A stretch of DNA of 64,000 nt from Macrostomum lignano (taxonomy: Eukaryota): assembly GCA_002269645.1 (NCBI GenBank), contig NIVC01003883.1, forward strand, positions 7,961 through 71,960. Direction: 5' to 3'. The notes under the pieces were generated by a model, which did no database searches, was not told where the DNA came from, and saw only the letters and a program-made list of their open reading frames with translations. Shown here piece after piece: positions 1 to 14,400 of the stretch; the first letter of the stretch is position 1, and each line of letters begins with the position of its first letter. The position numbers and the translations under genes were made by a program.

Positions 1-1525
1 CTGGAAATGTGCTCAGCTTCTTATCGCTACTCTGTCTACAATTTGATCATTATGAGTCTTCAAACACAGCTCGATTGCAGATTTTACTGAATTATCGGTA
101 TTGCATACAAACAATATAAGCTATTTAGTAGTAGCGGAGGCCGCCGAAATTATGCCCAGAACCGTCACAGCGCATTTGCACTGCCACAATGTGCTGTACT
201 CAAAAGGAATGAATTTATACAAGGTACATCCGTCAATTTCAGGTCGTTTCCATGCTTGCATATCTATATTAGCTAAATTTTCCTTAACTTTTCCAGAACC
301 TTCTCTACTGCTTTCGGTGAGTCTTTGCTGGTGTAAAAACAATTAAATCTTCGAGTCAAACGGCTCGCCAGCATCCGAGTTGCATCGGGCCCTCACAGCT
401 CTGCTCAGCTCGAGAGCAATGAGCATCTGTAGCGCTCATCCCTCTGTCTATGCCGTTCTCAACAGTTGCATCTGCATCGCGGTTTTCTTTCATTTCGATT
501 TGCAACCCAGCAGTCTGAAGTGCCTCATTGTTTCAGCTGGTAGCCCTGCTGCAGTCAACTGAAAACTGTAGCCACTGCCAGCGCCAACCCTCCGCTGCTC
601 TTTCCTCTGCACCGCTCATTCTCTCCCGCGCGTACGCAGCAAGAAAGTGCGAGAGCAGCGAGGCAGAGCGCAGAGAGGAGGGCAGGCAGGCAGACAGGCA
701 GGGAGTCCACCCTGTCTCTGGGTGGCGGGGGGGCAAAGTACAAGCAAGCGCGCGGCCACCCCATGGATGGCGGCGCATAAGAGCCACCATGCGCTCCCGC
801 TAACGCTCGTAAGCTCAGCGCAGGTATTCAGCTCCACTGGCACAAGGATATCGCAAAAAAATTAATTATGTAAGTTTTCACGCTCTCTAAAATTCCAAGA
901 TAACGCCCGAATCGGTCATTTTAAGCCTTGCAGTAGCGCGCCATTCAGAAATCGGCAACTTTAATCAGCATTGACGCGCTTGTTAATTGTTAATTCAGTA
1001 AATCCTATGGATAGAAATATGCAATTTTTTTTGCTTTTCTACCTATATGAGAACTCAGATGGCAGAGCTGTCGGGCCTTTTGTAGTGAAGACAATTTTAC
1101 CAACTACATTACTGAATGGTTAATTACTGTACATAAGTTACATTTAGCTCATGATTAGTAAAACCCATGAATTACAGGGTTAATTAAGCACATTCAGTAG
1201 ATAATCATTTTATCTATTTTTAAATGCCAATTTCTCAAGAATTAAATCTTTTCTATAATTTTCAACAGATAGATAGTAAAGAACGAGTCACAAAACTTCT
1301 ACAAGGCACCAAAATATTTCAAACATTCTACTGACAGTAGCAAACCTGGGCAGCAAGCGCTAAACATATCTAAATTATGCAAATTGCACACAAAGTGAGA
1401 TACATGTAGCAGCAGCGAGCCTTGTTGATTTTACTTAGCCCTACTAAAAGATATCCCTGTCGAAACATTTGGAACTCTACATCGAAACTAGCAAACCTGG
1501 TTCATTCAGATCCAACCCTGCAGCC

Positions 1526-3306
1526 ATGGACTCTGGCCAGCGACAGCAAGTTCAGGAGCTGCAGCAGGCCCTGATGCAGCTGGCCGCACTATTCGGCGTG
1601 TCTGCTGACGATCTCCAGAGCGTCACAAGCATGTCGTCGAGCGTGAAGGGCTTAATGGAGGCGGCGGCCGTAGGGAACAGGCAGCAGTGCCGCTCCCTGG
1701 TGAGCAAGGCCGGCGGCCCCAACGCTCGCGGCAACAAGGGCATCGTGGCGCTGCACGTGGCGGCGCACGAAGGCCAGTTGGAGGTGATGAAGGAGCTACT
1801 GGAGCTTGGAGCGGACATCGAGGCGGTGGACGAGGACGGCGACACGCCGCTCATCATGGCCGCCATGAACCGCCAGGACGATGCGGCCGACCTGCTCATT
1901 GAGAAGGGCGCCAACGTGCGCCATCTCAACAACAAGGGCCTCTCCGCTGCCGACGTGGCCCTCGCAAAGCGCAACTTAAACATGGTTTACTCGCTGGAAG
2001 GCGTCTCGCACTGCCTGCAATACGACTCGGACATTCACGAGAAGACTCTCACGAGCGCCGCTCAGGAGGGCAACACCCGCGTGATCGAGTTCTGGCTGGA
2101 GCACAGCCCCGAGCGCCGGGCCTACAACAGGCAGCTGGGGCAGAAGAGGACCATTGCATTCATTGCAGCCCTCAATGGCCACCTGGACATCATCGAGCTG
2201 CTGGAGTCCAAGAGAGCCGATTTCGAGCTGACCGACGATCGTGGCAACACCCCGCTATTCTGCGCCGCACAGAACGACCATTTCGAAGTGGTCCAGTTCC
2301 TTCTGGACAAGCGCTGCAACGTGAACCACGAGAACTGCAACCGGAGGACACCGATTTTCTCGGCTGTGAACAATGGACACGAGGATATTGTGAGCCTCTT
2401 GATTCGCCATGGTGCCCGAGTTGACCACGAGGACGAAGACGGCAGGACGCCGCTGGAGTGCGCAGTAAAGCAGGGCTCCCTGCCGGTGTTTCAAATGCTG
2501 GTGGAAGCTGGCGCGGACCCGAAGCACGTGAACTCTCGGGGCTACGATCTCGCCATGGGCGCCGCGGACTCCTCCAATCTTGAAATTCTCAAGGAGCTTA
2601 GGAAGCTGGGCGTGTCCTTGACTCGCGTCAACACCAGGAATGGTGAGACGGCCCTTCTCGGCGCCTGCCAGGTGGGTCCGGATGAAGTCGTCAAGTACCT
2701 GCTGAAAGAGGGAAGTGAAAAAAATCACAAGAACAGGCGCGGAATCAGTCCTGCCCTGCGAGCGGCGTACAATGGACTGACGGATGTTGTGTCTGTACTG
2801 GCCAATGCTGGAGCCAATATGGACATTGCGGACAACGATGGGGACACGCCGATTCTCTGCGCTGCCCAGCAAGGCAACCAGGAGATGGTGGAGCTCTTGC
2901 ACGGCCTGGGCTGCAAGGTGTCGGCCAAGAACAACCGGGGCCGAACGCTCGTCTGGTTTGCGGCGAAGAGCGGCAACCTGGAGCTGGTGGAGTTTCTGAA
3001 GGACATTGGCGCTCCCATGGACGCTCCAGACGCCAACGGCAACACTCCGCTGATGATAGCGGTGATGGACGGCTCCAACCCCGATTTGGTCAGCTACCTG
3101 GTGCGCTGCGGCTGCAGCGTGAGGAAGCAAAACCAGAAGGGAGAAAACGCAGAGGCTCTCGCTAAAAAGGCGAACCAGCGGGCCATCCTGACAGTGCTGA
3201 CGGAGACCAAACGGGAGCCTGGAGCCAGAGAGAAGATGACTGAAAGCGGGTTCCTGCGTAGGAGCCGGCCGCAGCCGCCAAAGCCGGAGATTGATCAGGA
3301 GCCAAT
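1526..3306 (+). CDS. Ankyrin-repeat / protein kinase gene, exon 1 (about 15 ankyrin repeats)
   Basis: First ATG (GCCATGG) of ORF 1469..3310. Repeated G-x-T-P-L-x-x-A-A...G-x-x-x-V-V-x-L-L motifs. Donor CCAAT|GTAAGT at 3306/3307 (phase 2) removes the apparent TAA stop at 3308. The true start could lie in an upstream exon. Confidence 0.9.
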
Positions 3307-3757
3307 GTAAGTGCAAGCTGGAGTTCAGTTCCAATACCCAATGTAAGTGCAAGCTGGAATTTAGTTCCAATACCCAATGCAATTGCAAGCTGGAATTTAG
3401 CTCCAATACCCTATGTAAGTGCAAGCTGGAATTTAGTTCCAATACCCAATGTAAGTGCAAGCTGGAATTTAGTTCCAATACCCAATGCAATTGCAAGCTG
3501 GAATTTAGCTCCAATACCCTATGTAAGTGCAAGCTGGAATTTAGTTCCAATACCCAATGTAAGTGCAAGCTGGAATTCAGTTCCAATACCCAATGTAAGT
3601 GCAAGCTGGAATTTAGTTCCAATACCCAATGCAATTGCAAGCTGGAATTTAGCTCCAATACCCTATGTAAGTGCAAGCTGGAATTTAGTTCCAATACCCA
3701 ATGCAAGTGCAAGCTGGAGTTCAGTTCCAATACCCAATGTAAGTGCAAGCTGGAAAT
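3302..3757 (+). repeat. 36-bp intronic minisatellite, about 12.7 copies, unit CCAATGTAAGTGCAAGCTGGAATTTAGTTCCAATAC
   Basis: Direct reading. The first copy straddles the exon 1/intron 1 junction. Confidence 0.97.
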
Positions 3758-3801
3758 TCAGCTCCAGTGAACTTGTGATCATCTTCTGTCTTATGTCGCA
3801 G

Positions 3802-4192
3802 ATATCCTGGTGCGGGCCTCGATGCGAGCTTCAAGAGATGGAACATCATGTGCGAGGATGACGGATCCAAGAAGCCGATTGGCGAGGGTGGCTTCGGCAA
3901 GGTGTACAAGGCCATCACGGACAAGCACCAGTTCGTGGCCGTTAAGGTTGTGCAGCTGCGGGGCCTGATGAGCGAGCAGACGACTCGCATCGTGTCCCAA
4001 GAGAAGAAGGGCATCGAGATCCTCAGCGGCCTCAAGCATCCCAATATCTTGGTGTTCCTCAAGTGCGAACAGGCTCCGAACGGCGACTTCTGCATCTTCA
4101 CGGAGCTCATCTCCGGTGTCAGTCTGTGCGACTTGATGAGGCGCCAGAAGCAGCCATTCGAGGAGGCTGGAATCTGCAAATTTTCACGCCAG
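3802..4192 (+). CDS. Ankyrin-kinase gene, exon 2 (kinase N-lobe)
   Basis: Acceptor TTATGTCGCAG|A at 3801/3802. AT+A gives Ile and continues YPGAGLDASFKRWNIMCEDDGSKKPIGEGGFGKVYKA...VAVK...HPNIL in frame with exon 1. Donor CAG|GTAACT at 4192/4193 (phase 0). Confidence 0.88.
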
Positions 4193-4299
4193 GTAACTAA
4201 AACGTTTTTTGTGAGATTTTATGCTCAGTCAAAGTTAATCTTCGCTGAGAACTGTGAAAGGGATTTGATTATACGCGTTCATACCTGTCACTTGTCTAG

Positions 4300-4770
4300 A
4301 TTTGCGATGCCTTGAACTTCCTGCACAGCCGGAAGGTGCTGCACCGAGATATCAAGTGCTCCAACATTATGCTTTCCAACGAGGGCATCATCAAGCTGAT
4401 CGACTTCGGCCTGGCTAAGGAGATTTTCACCACCACGGTGGCCTACTCGAGCTCCAGCCAGTGCGGCACGCTGTGCTTCATGGCGCCCGAGCTGCTGGAC
4501 TGCAGCGCCGACCGCGTGATTTACTCCACCAAGTCTGATGTGTGGGCCTTCGGCTGCACAGTGTACGAGATGGCGTGCATCCTCCCGCCCAACTGCCGGC
4601 TGCCGCAGGGCCTGATGATCAACGCCATCGTCTCCAAGCCCATGCCGGATCTGCCGTCCAAAGCCTCCAGGAACCTGCGAGACTTCTACGCCAAGTGCGT
4701 CATCAAGGACCCGAGCACGCGGCCCAGCATGGAAGGCCTCCTGCGGCACCCTTTCCTGGCGGGCCGCTGA
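4300..4770 (+). CDS. Ankyrin-kinase gene, exon 3 (kinase C-lobe, STE/MAP3K-like)
   Basis: Acceptor TTGTCTAG|ATT at 4299/4300 gives RQ|ICDALNFLHSRKVLHRDIKCSN, DFG, GTLCFMAPE, SDVWAFGC. TGA at 4768-4770. Exons sum to 2643 nt (880 aa + stop). Confidence 0.92.
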   Translation: MCDALNFLHSRKVLHRDIKCSNIMLSNEGIIKLIDFGLAKEIFTTTVAYSSSSQCGTLCFMAPELLDCSADRVIYSTKSDVWAFGCTVYEMACILPPNCRLPQGLMINAIVSKPMPDLPSKASRNLRDFYAKCVIKDPSTRPSMEGLLRHPFLAGR

Positions 4771-5419
4771 GGCCAAACATTGTGGGCTGCCATCGTCTTA
4801 AACTGCTCCCGTATCAGCCTTAACTCTTCATTAACTATTTCAAAACGGACATGGCTGTGCTTTCACAGTTAAATTCCCCTTCCATCGGAAGCTTTTTCAT
4901 TTGCCAGAAGTATGTAAGTGTTCAGACTATTCAGAGAGTAGGGGTGGGGACTCGCTCCGTTGCCGTAGCTTACGATTTCCTTTTGAGAGACTCGGATCGA
5001 TTACTCAATACTAATTTCTACCCGCAAGTGAGCTATGGAAGCCGAGACGACGAAAGTTGTCGAAGCTCAAGTCTTAGATACCGTTTCCGTGCCATAAAAA
5101 TGTCAGAATTTTTATTTTTAACACATAACTCATCCTAACTGCTAATCCTGACTTCCTGGAGACACTGAGCCAATTCAAAACCCGATTAATTATTTAGATC
5201 GGCTCGATTCTCTCTGTAAAAAAGATGTTCCACTACGAGCGTACTGTCATTGCACCCATTTTTATTGATGATATCTAGCAACAGCCCGTCAGTGTTTTCT
5301 GTGCCGTAAAAAGCTTTTGCACATCGCTAAGGTACGGGCGACTCAATTACCCAAAATTATTCGCCGTCCACCTTGTTTAAATTTTTTTGGACTTCCACGG
5401 TTGAGTATTATGTACCGGA

Positions 5420-8400
5420 ATGACTCAGACAGATGCTTCATGACTGAAACTGATGCCTCATGACTGAAACTGATGCCTCATGACTGAAACTGATGCCTCA
5501 TGACTGAAACTGATGCCTCATGGCTCAGACAGATGCTTCATGACTGAAACTGATGTCTCATGACTCAGACAGATGCTTCATGACTGAAACTGATGCCTCA
5601 TGACTCAGACAGATGCTTCATGACTGAAACTGATGCATCATGACTCAGACAGATGCTTCATGACTGAAACTGATGCCTCATGACTGAAACTGATGCCTCA
5701 TGACTGAAACTGATGCCTCATGACTGAAACTGATGCTTCATGACTGAAACTGATGCCTCATGACTGAAACTGATGCCTCATGACTGAAACTGATGCCTCA
5801 TGACTGAAACTGATGCCTCATGGCTCAGACAGATGCTTCATGACTGAAACTGATGCCTCATGACTCAGAAAGATGCTTTCATGACTAAAACTGATGCCTC
5901 ATGACTGAAACTGATGCCTCATGACTGAAACTGATGCCTCATGACTCAGACAGATGCTTCATGACTGAAACTGATGTCTCATGACTCAGACAGATGCTTT
6001 CATGACTAAAACTGATGCCTCATGACTGAAACTGATGTTTAATGACTGAAACTGATACCTCATGACTCAGACAGATGCTTTCATGACTGAAACTGATGTC
6101 TCATGACTCAGACAGATGCTTTCATGACTAAAACTGATGCCTCATGACTGAAACTGATGCCTCATGACTGAAACTGATGCCTCATGGCTCAGACAGATGC
6201 TTCATGACTGAAACTGATGCCTCATGACTCAGACAGATGCTTCATGACTGAAACTGATGCCTCATGACTGAAACTGATGCTTCATGACTGAAACTGATGC
6301 CTCATGACTGAAACTGATGCCTCATGACTGAAACTGATGCCTCATGACTGAAACTGATGCCTCATGACTCAGACAGATGCTTCATGACTGAAACTGATGC
6401 CTCATGACTCAGACAGATGCTTTCATGACTAAAACTGATGCCTCATGACTGAAACTGATGCCTCATGACTGAAACTGATGCCTCATGGCTCAGACAGATG
6501 CTTCATGACTGAAACTGATGTCTCATGACTCAGACAGATGCTTCATGACTGAAACTGATGCCTCATGACTCAGACAGATGCCTCATGACTTAAACTGATG
6601 TTTCATGACTGAAACTGATGTTTCATGGCTGAAACTGATGCCTCATGACTCAGACAGATGCTTCATGACTGAAACTGATGCCTCATGACTCAGACAGATG
6701 CTTCATGACTGAAACTGATGCCTCATGACTGAAACTGATGCCTCATGACTGAAACTGATGCCTCATGACTCAGACAGATGCTTCATGACTGAAACTGATG
6801 CCTCATGACTCAGACAGATGCTTTCATGACTAAAACTGATGCCTCATGACTGAAACTGATGCCTCATGACTGAAACTGATGCCTCATGGCTCAGACAGAT
6901 GCTTCATGACTGAAACTGATGTCTCATGACTCAGACAGATGCTTCATGACTGAAACTGATGCCTCATGACTCAGACAGATGCCTCATGACTTAAACTGAT
7001 GTTTCATGACTGAAACTGATGTTTCATGGCTGAAACTGATGCCTCATGACTCAGACAGATGCTTCATGACTGAAACTGATGCCTCATGACTCAGACAGAT
7101 GCTTTCATGACTAAAACTGATGCCTCATGACTGAAACTGATGCCTCATGACTGAAACTGATGCCTCATGGCTCAGACAGATGCTTCATGACTGAAACTGA
7201 TGTCTCATGACTCAGACAGATGCTTCATGACTGAAACTGATGCCTCATGACTCAGACAGATGCCTCATGACTTAAACTGATGTTTCATGACTGAAACTGA
7301 TGTTTCATGGCTGAAACTGATGCCTCATGACTCAGACAGATGCTTCATGACTGAAACTGATGCCTCATGACTCAGACAGATGCTTCATGACTGAAACTGA
7401 TGCCTCATGACTGAAACTGATGCCTCATGACTGAAACTGATGCCTCATGACTCAGACAGATGCTTTCATGACTGAAACTGATGCCTCATGACTCAGACAG
7501 ATGCTTCATGACTAAAAATGATGCCTCATGACTGAAACTGATGTTTCATGACTGAAACTGATGCCTCATGACTCAGACAGATGCTTGATGACTGAAACTG
7601 ATGCCTCATGACTCAGACAGATGCTTTCATGACTAAAACTGATGCCTCATGACTGAAACTGATGTTTAATGACTGAAACTGATACCTCATGACTCAGACA
7701 GATGCTTTCATGACTGAAACTGATGTCTCATGACTCAGACAGATGCTTTCATGACTAAAACTGATGCCTCATGACTGAAACTGATGCCTCATGACTGAAA
7801 CTGATGCCTCATGGCTCAGACAGATGCTTCATGACTGAAACTGATGCCTCATGACTCAGACAGATGCTTCATGACTGAAACTGATGCCTCATGACTGAAA
7901 CTGATGCTTCATGACTGAAACTGATGCCTCATGACTGAAACTGATGCCTCATGACTGAAACTGATGCCTCATGACTGAAACTGATGCCTCATGACTCAGA
8001 CAGATGCTTCATGACTGAAACTGATGCCTCATGACTCAGACAGATGCTTTCATGACTAAAACTGATGCCTCATGACTGAAACTGATGCCTCATGACTGAA
8101 ACTGATGCCTCATGGCTCAGACAGATGCTTCATGACTGAAACTGATGTCTCATGACTCAGACAGATGCTTCATGACTGAAACTGATGCCTCATGACTCAG
8201 ACAGATGCCTCATGACTTAAACTGATGTTTCATGACTGAAACTGATGCCTCATGACTGAAACTGATGCCTCATGGCTCAGACAGATGCTTCATGACTGAA
8301 ACTGATGTCTCATGACTCAGACAGATGCTTCATGACTGAAACTGATGCCTCATGACTCAGACAGATGCCTCATGACTAAACTGATGTCATGACTGAAACT

Positions 8401-11400
8401 GATGTTTCATGGCTGAAACTGATGCCTCATGACTCAGACAGATGCTTCATGACTGAAACTGATGCCTCATGACTCAGACAGATGCTTCATGACTGAAACT
8501 GATGCCTCATGACTCAGACAGATGCTTTCATGACTAAACTGATGCCTCATGACTGAAACTGATGCTCATGACTGAAACTGATGCCTCATGACTCAGACAG
8601 ATGCTTCATGACTGAAACTGATGCCTCATGACTCAGACAGATGCTTTCATGACTAAAACTGATGCCTCATGACTGAAACTGATGCCTCATGACTGAAACT
8701 GATGCCTCATGACTCAGACAGATGCTTCATGACTGAAACTGATGCCTCATGACTCAGACAGATGCTTCATGACTGAAACTGATGCCTCATGACTCAGACA
8801 GATGCCTCATGACTGAAACTGATGTTTCATGGCTGAAACTGATGCCTCATGACTCAGACAGATGCTTTCATGACTAAAACTGATGCCTCATGACTGAAAC
8901 TGATGTTTCATGACTGAAACTGATGCCTCATGACTCAGACAGATGCTTTCATGACTGAAACTGATGTCTCATGACTCAGACAGATGCTTTCATGACTAAA
9001 ACTGATGCCTCATGACTGAAACTGATGCCTCATGACTCAGACAGATGCTTCATGACTGAAACTGATGCCTCATGACTCAGACAGATGCTTCATGACTGAA
9101 ACTGATGCCTCATGACTCAGACAGATGCTTCATGACTGAAACTGATGCCTCATGACTCAGACAGATGCTTCATGACTGAAACTGATGCCTCATGACTGAA
9201 ACTGATGCTCATGACTGAAACTGATGCCTCATGACTCAGACAGATGCTTCATGACTGAAACTGATGCCTCATGACTCAGACAGATGCTTCATGACTAAAC
9301 TGATGCCTCATGACTGAAACTGATGTTCATGACTGAAACTGATGCCTCATGACTCAGACAGATGCTTCATGACTGAAACTGATGCCTCATGACTCAGACA
9401 GATGCTTCATGACTGAAACTGATGCCTCATGACTGAAACTGATGCCTCATGACTGAAACTGATGCCTCATGACTCAGACAGATGCTTCATGACTGAAACT
9501 GATGCCTCATGACTCAGACAGATGCTTTCATGACTAAAACTGATGCCTCATGACTGAAACTGATGCCTCATGACTGAAACTGATGCCTCATGCTCAGACA
9601 GATGCTTCATGACTGAAACTGATGCTCATGACTCAGACAGATGCTTCATGACTGAAACTGATGCCTCATGACTCAGACAGATGCCTCATGACTTAAACTG
9701 ATGTCATGACTGAAACTGATGTTTCATGACTGAAACTGATGCCTCATGACTCAGACAGATGCTTCATGACTGAAACTGATGCCTCATGACTCAGACAGAT
9801 GCTTTCATGACTAAAACTGATGCCTCATGACTGAAACTGATGCCTCATGACTGAAACTGATGCCTCATGACTCAGACAGATGCTTCATGACTGAAACTGA
9901 TGCTCATGACTCAGACAGATGCTTCATGACTGAAACTGATGCCTCATGACTCAGACAGATGCCTCATGACTTAAACTGATGTCATGACTGAAACTGATGT
10001 TTCATGGCTGAAACTGATGCCTCATGACTCAGACAGATGCTTCATGACTGAAACTGATGCCTCATGACTCAGACAGATGCTTCATGACTGAAACTGATGC
10101 CTCATGACTGAAACTGATGCCTCATGACTGAAACTGATGCCTCATGACTCAGACAGATGCTTCATGACTGAAACTGATGCCTCATGACTCAGACAGATGC
10201 TTCATGACTAAAACTGATGCCTCATGACTGAAACTGATGTTTCATGACTGAAACTGATGCCTCATGACTCAGACAGATGCTTCATGACTGAAACTGATGC
10301 CTCATGACTCAGACAGATGCTTCATGACTAAAACTGATGCCTCATGACTGAAACTGATGTTTATGACTGAAACTGATGCCTCATGACTCAGACAGATGCT
10401 TCATGACTGAAACTGATGCTCATGACTCAGACAGATGCTTTCATGACTAAAACTGATGCCTCATGACTGAAACTGATGCCTCATGACTGAAACTGATGCC
10501 TCATGACTCAGACAGATGCTTCATGACTGAAACTGATGCCTCATGACTCAGACAGATGCTTCATGACTGAAACTGATGCCTCATGACTGAAACTGATGCT
10601 TCATGACTGAAACTGATGCCTCATGACTGAAACTGATGCCTCATGACTGAAACTGATGCCTCATGACTGAAACTGATGCCTCATGACTCAGACAGATGCT
10701 TCATGACTGAAACTGATGCCTCATGACTCAGACAGATGCTTTCATGACTAAAACTGATGCCTCATGACTGAAACTGATGCCTCATGACTGAAACTGATGC
10801 CTCATGACTCAGACAGATGCTTCATGACTGAAACTGATGCTCATGACTCAGACAGATGCTTCATGACTGAAACTGATGCCTCATGACTCAGACAGATGCC
10901 TCATGACTGAAACTGATGTCATGACTGAAACTGATGTTTCATGACTGAAACTGATGCCTCATGACTCAGACAGATGCTTCATGACTGAAACTGATGCCTC
11001 ATGACTCAGACAGATGCTTCATGACTAAACTGATGCCTCATGACTGAAACTGATGCCTCATGACTGAAACTGATGCCTCATGACTCAGACAGATGCTTCA
11101 TGACTGAAACTGATGCTCATGACTCAGACAGATGCTTCATGACTGAAACTGATGCCTCATGACTCAGACAGATGCCTCATGACTAAACTGATGTCATGAC
11201 TGAAACTGATGTTCATGACTGAAACTGATGCCTCATGACTCAGACAGATGCTTCATGACTGAAACTGATGCCTCATGACTCAGACAGATGCTTCATGACT
11301 GAAACTGATGCCTCATGACTGAAACTGATGCCTCATGACTGAAACTGATGCCTCATGACTCAGACAGATGCTTCATGACTGAAACTGATGCCTCATGACT

Positions 11401-14400
11401 CAGACAGATGCTTCATGACTGAAACTGATGCCTCATGACTCAGACAGATGCTTCATGACTGAAACTGATGCCTCATGACTGAAACTGATGCCTCATGACT
11501 GAAACTGATGCCTCATGACTCAGACAGATGCTTCATGACTGAAACTGATGCCTCATGACTCAGACAGATGCTTCATGACTAAACTGATGCCTCATGACTG
11601 AAACTGATGTTTCATGACTGAAACTGATGCCTCATGACTCAGACAGATGCTTGATGACTGAAACTGATGCCTCATGACTCAGACAGATGCTTCATGACTG
11701 AAACTGATGCCTCATGACTGAAACTGATGCCTCATGACTGAAACTGATGCCTCATGACTCAGACAGATGCTTCATGACTGAAACTGATGCCTCATGACTC
11801 AGACAGATGCTTCATGACTAAAACTGATGCCTCATGACTGAAACTGATGTTCATGACTGAAACTGATGCCTCATGACTCAGACAGATGCTTCATGACTGA
11901 AACTGATGCCTCATGACTCAGACAGATGCTTCATGACTGAAACTGATGCATCATGACTCAGACAGATGCTTAAAACTGATAACTGATGCCTCATGACTGA
12001 AACTGATGCCTCATGACTGAAACTGATGCCTCATGACTCAGACAGATGCTTCATGACTGAAACTGATGCCTCATGACTCAGACAGATGCTTTCATGACTA
12101 AAACTGATGCCTCATGACTGAAACTGATGCCTCATGACTGAAACTGATGCCTCATGACTCAGACAGATGCTTCATGACTGAAACTGATGCTCATGACTCA
12201 GACAGATGCTTCATGACTGAAACTGATGCCTCATGACTCAGACAGATGCCTCATGACTGAAACTGATGTTTCATGGCTGAAACTGATGCCTCATGACTCA
12301 GACAGATGCTTCATGACTAAACTGATGCCTCATGACTGAAACTGATGTTCATGACTGAAACTGATGCCTCATGACTCAGACAGATGCTTCATGACTGAAA
12401 CTGATGCTCATGACTCAGACAGATGCTTTCATGACTAAAACTGATGCCTCATGACTGAAACTGATGCCTCATGGCTCAGACAGATGCTTCATGACTGAAA
12501 CTGATGTCTCATGACTCAGACAGATGCTTCATGACTGAAACTGATGCCTCATGACTCAGACAGATGCTCATGACTAAACTGATGTCATGACTGAAACTGA
12601 TGTTTCATGACTGAAACTGATGCCTCATGACTCAGACAGATGCTTCATGACTGAAACTGATGCCTCATGACTCAGACAGATGCTTTCATGACTAAAACTG
12701 ATGCCTCATGACTGAAACTGATGCCTCATGACTGAAACTGATGCCTCATGGCTCAGACAGATGCTTCATGACTGAAACTGATGTCTCATGACTCAGACAG
12801 ATGCTTCATGACTGAAACTGATGCCTCATGACTCAGACAGATGCCTCATGACTAAACTGATGTCATGACTGAAACTGATGTTTCATGCTGAAACTGATGC
12901 CTCATGACTCAGACAGATGCTTCATGACTGAAACTGATGCCTCATGACTCAGACAGATGCTTCATGACTGAAACTGATGCCTCATGACTGAAACTGATGC
13001 TCATGACTGAAACTGATGCCTCATGACTCAGACAGATGCTTCATGACTGAAACTGATGCCTCATGACTCAGACAGATGCTTTCATGACTAAAACTGATGC
13101 CTCATGACTGAAACTGATGTTTCATGACTGAAACTGATGCCTCATGACTCAGACAGATGCTTCATGACTGAAACTGATGCCTCATGACTCAGACAGATGC
13201 TTCATGACTAAAACTGATGCCTCATGACTGAAACTGATGTTTATGACTGAAACTGATGCCTCATGACTCAGACAGATGCTTCATGACTGAAACTGATGCC
13301 TCATGACTCAGACAGATGCTTTCATGACTAAAACTGATGCCTCATGACTGAAACTGATGCCTCATGACTGAAACTGATGCCTCATGACTCAGACAGATGC
13401 TTCATGACTGAAACTGATGCCTCATGACTCAGACAGATGCTTCATGACTGAAACTGATGCCTCATGACTGAAACTGATGCTTCATGACTGAAACTGATGC
13501 CTCATGACTGAAACTGATGCCTCATGACTGAAACTGATGCCTCATGACTGAAACTGATGCCTCATGACTCAGACAGATGCTTCATGACTGAAACTGATGC
13601 CTCATGACTCAGACAGATGCTTCATGACTGAAACTGATGCCTCATGACTCAGACAGATGCTTCATGACTGAAACTGATGCCTCATGACTCAGACAGATGC
13701 TTCATGACTGAAACTGATGCCTCATGACTGAAACTGATGCTCATGACTGAAACTGATGCCTCATGACTGAAACTGATGCTTCATGACTGAAACTGATGCC
13801 TCATGACTGAAACTGATGCCTCATGACTGAAACTGATGCCTCATGACTGAAACTGATGCCTCATGACTCAGACAGATGCTTCATGACTGAAACTGATGCC
13901 TCATGACTCAGACAGATGCTTCATGACTAAACTGATGCCTCATGACTGAAACTGATGCCTCATGACTGAAACTGATGCCTCATGACTCAGACAGATGCTT
14001 CATGACTGAAACTGATGCCTCATGACTCAGACAGATGCTTCATGACTGAAACTGATGCCTCATGACTCAGACAGATGCTCATGACTGAAACTGATGTCAT
14101 GACTGAAACTGATGTTCATGACTGAAACTGATGCCTCATGACTCAGACAGATGCTTCATGACTGAAACTGATGCCTCATGACTCAGACAGATGCTTCATG
14201 ACTGAAACTGATGCCTCATGACTCAGACAGATGCTTCATGACTGAAACTGATGCCTCATGACTCAGACAGATGCTTCATGACTAAAACTGATGCCTCATG
14301 ACTGAAACTGATGCTTCATGACTGAAACTGATGCCTCATGACTCAGACAGATGCTTCATGACTGAAACTGATGCCTCATGACTCAGACAGATGCTTCATG

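Noticed and set aside
2255-3770. 497-aa minus-strand ORF and 159-aa plus-strand repeat ORF
   Set aside because: Antisense shadow of the GC-rich ankyrin exon plus the 36-bp intronic repeat.
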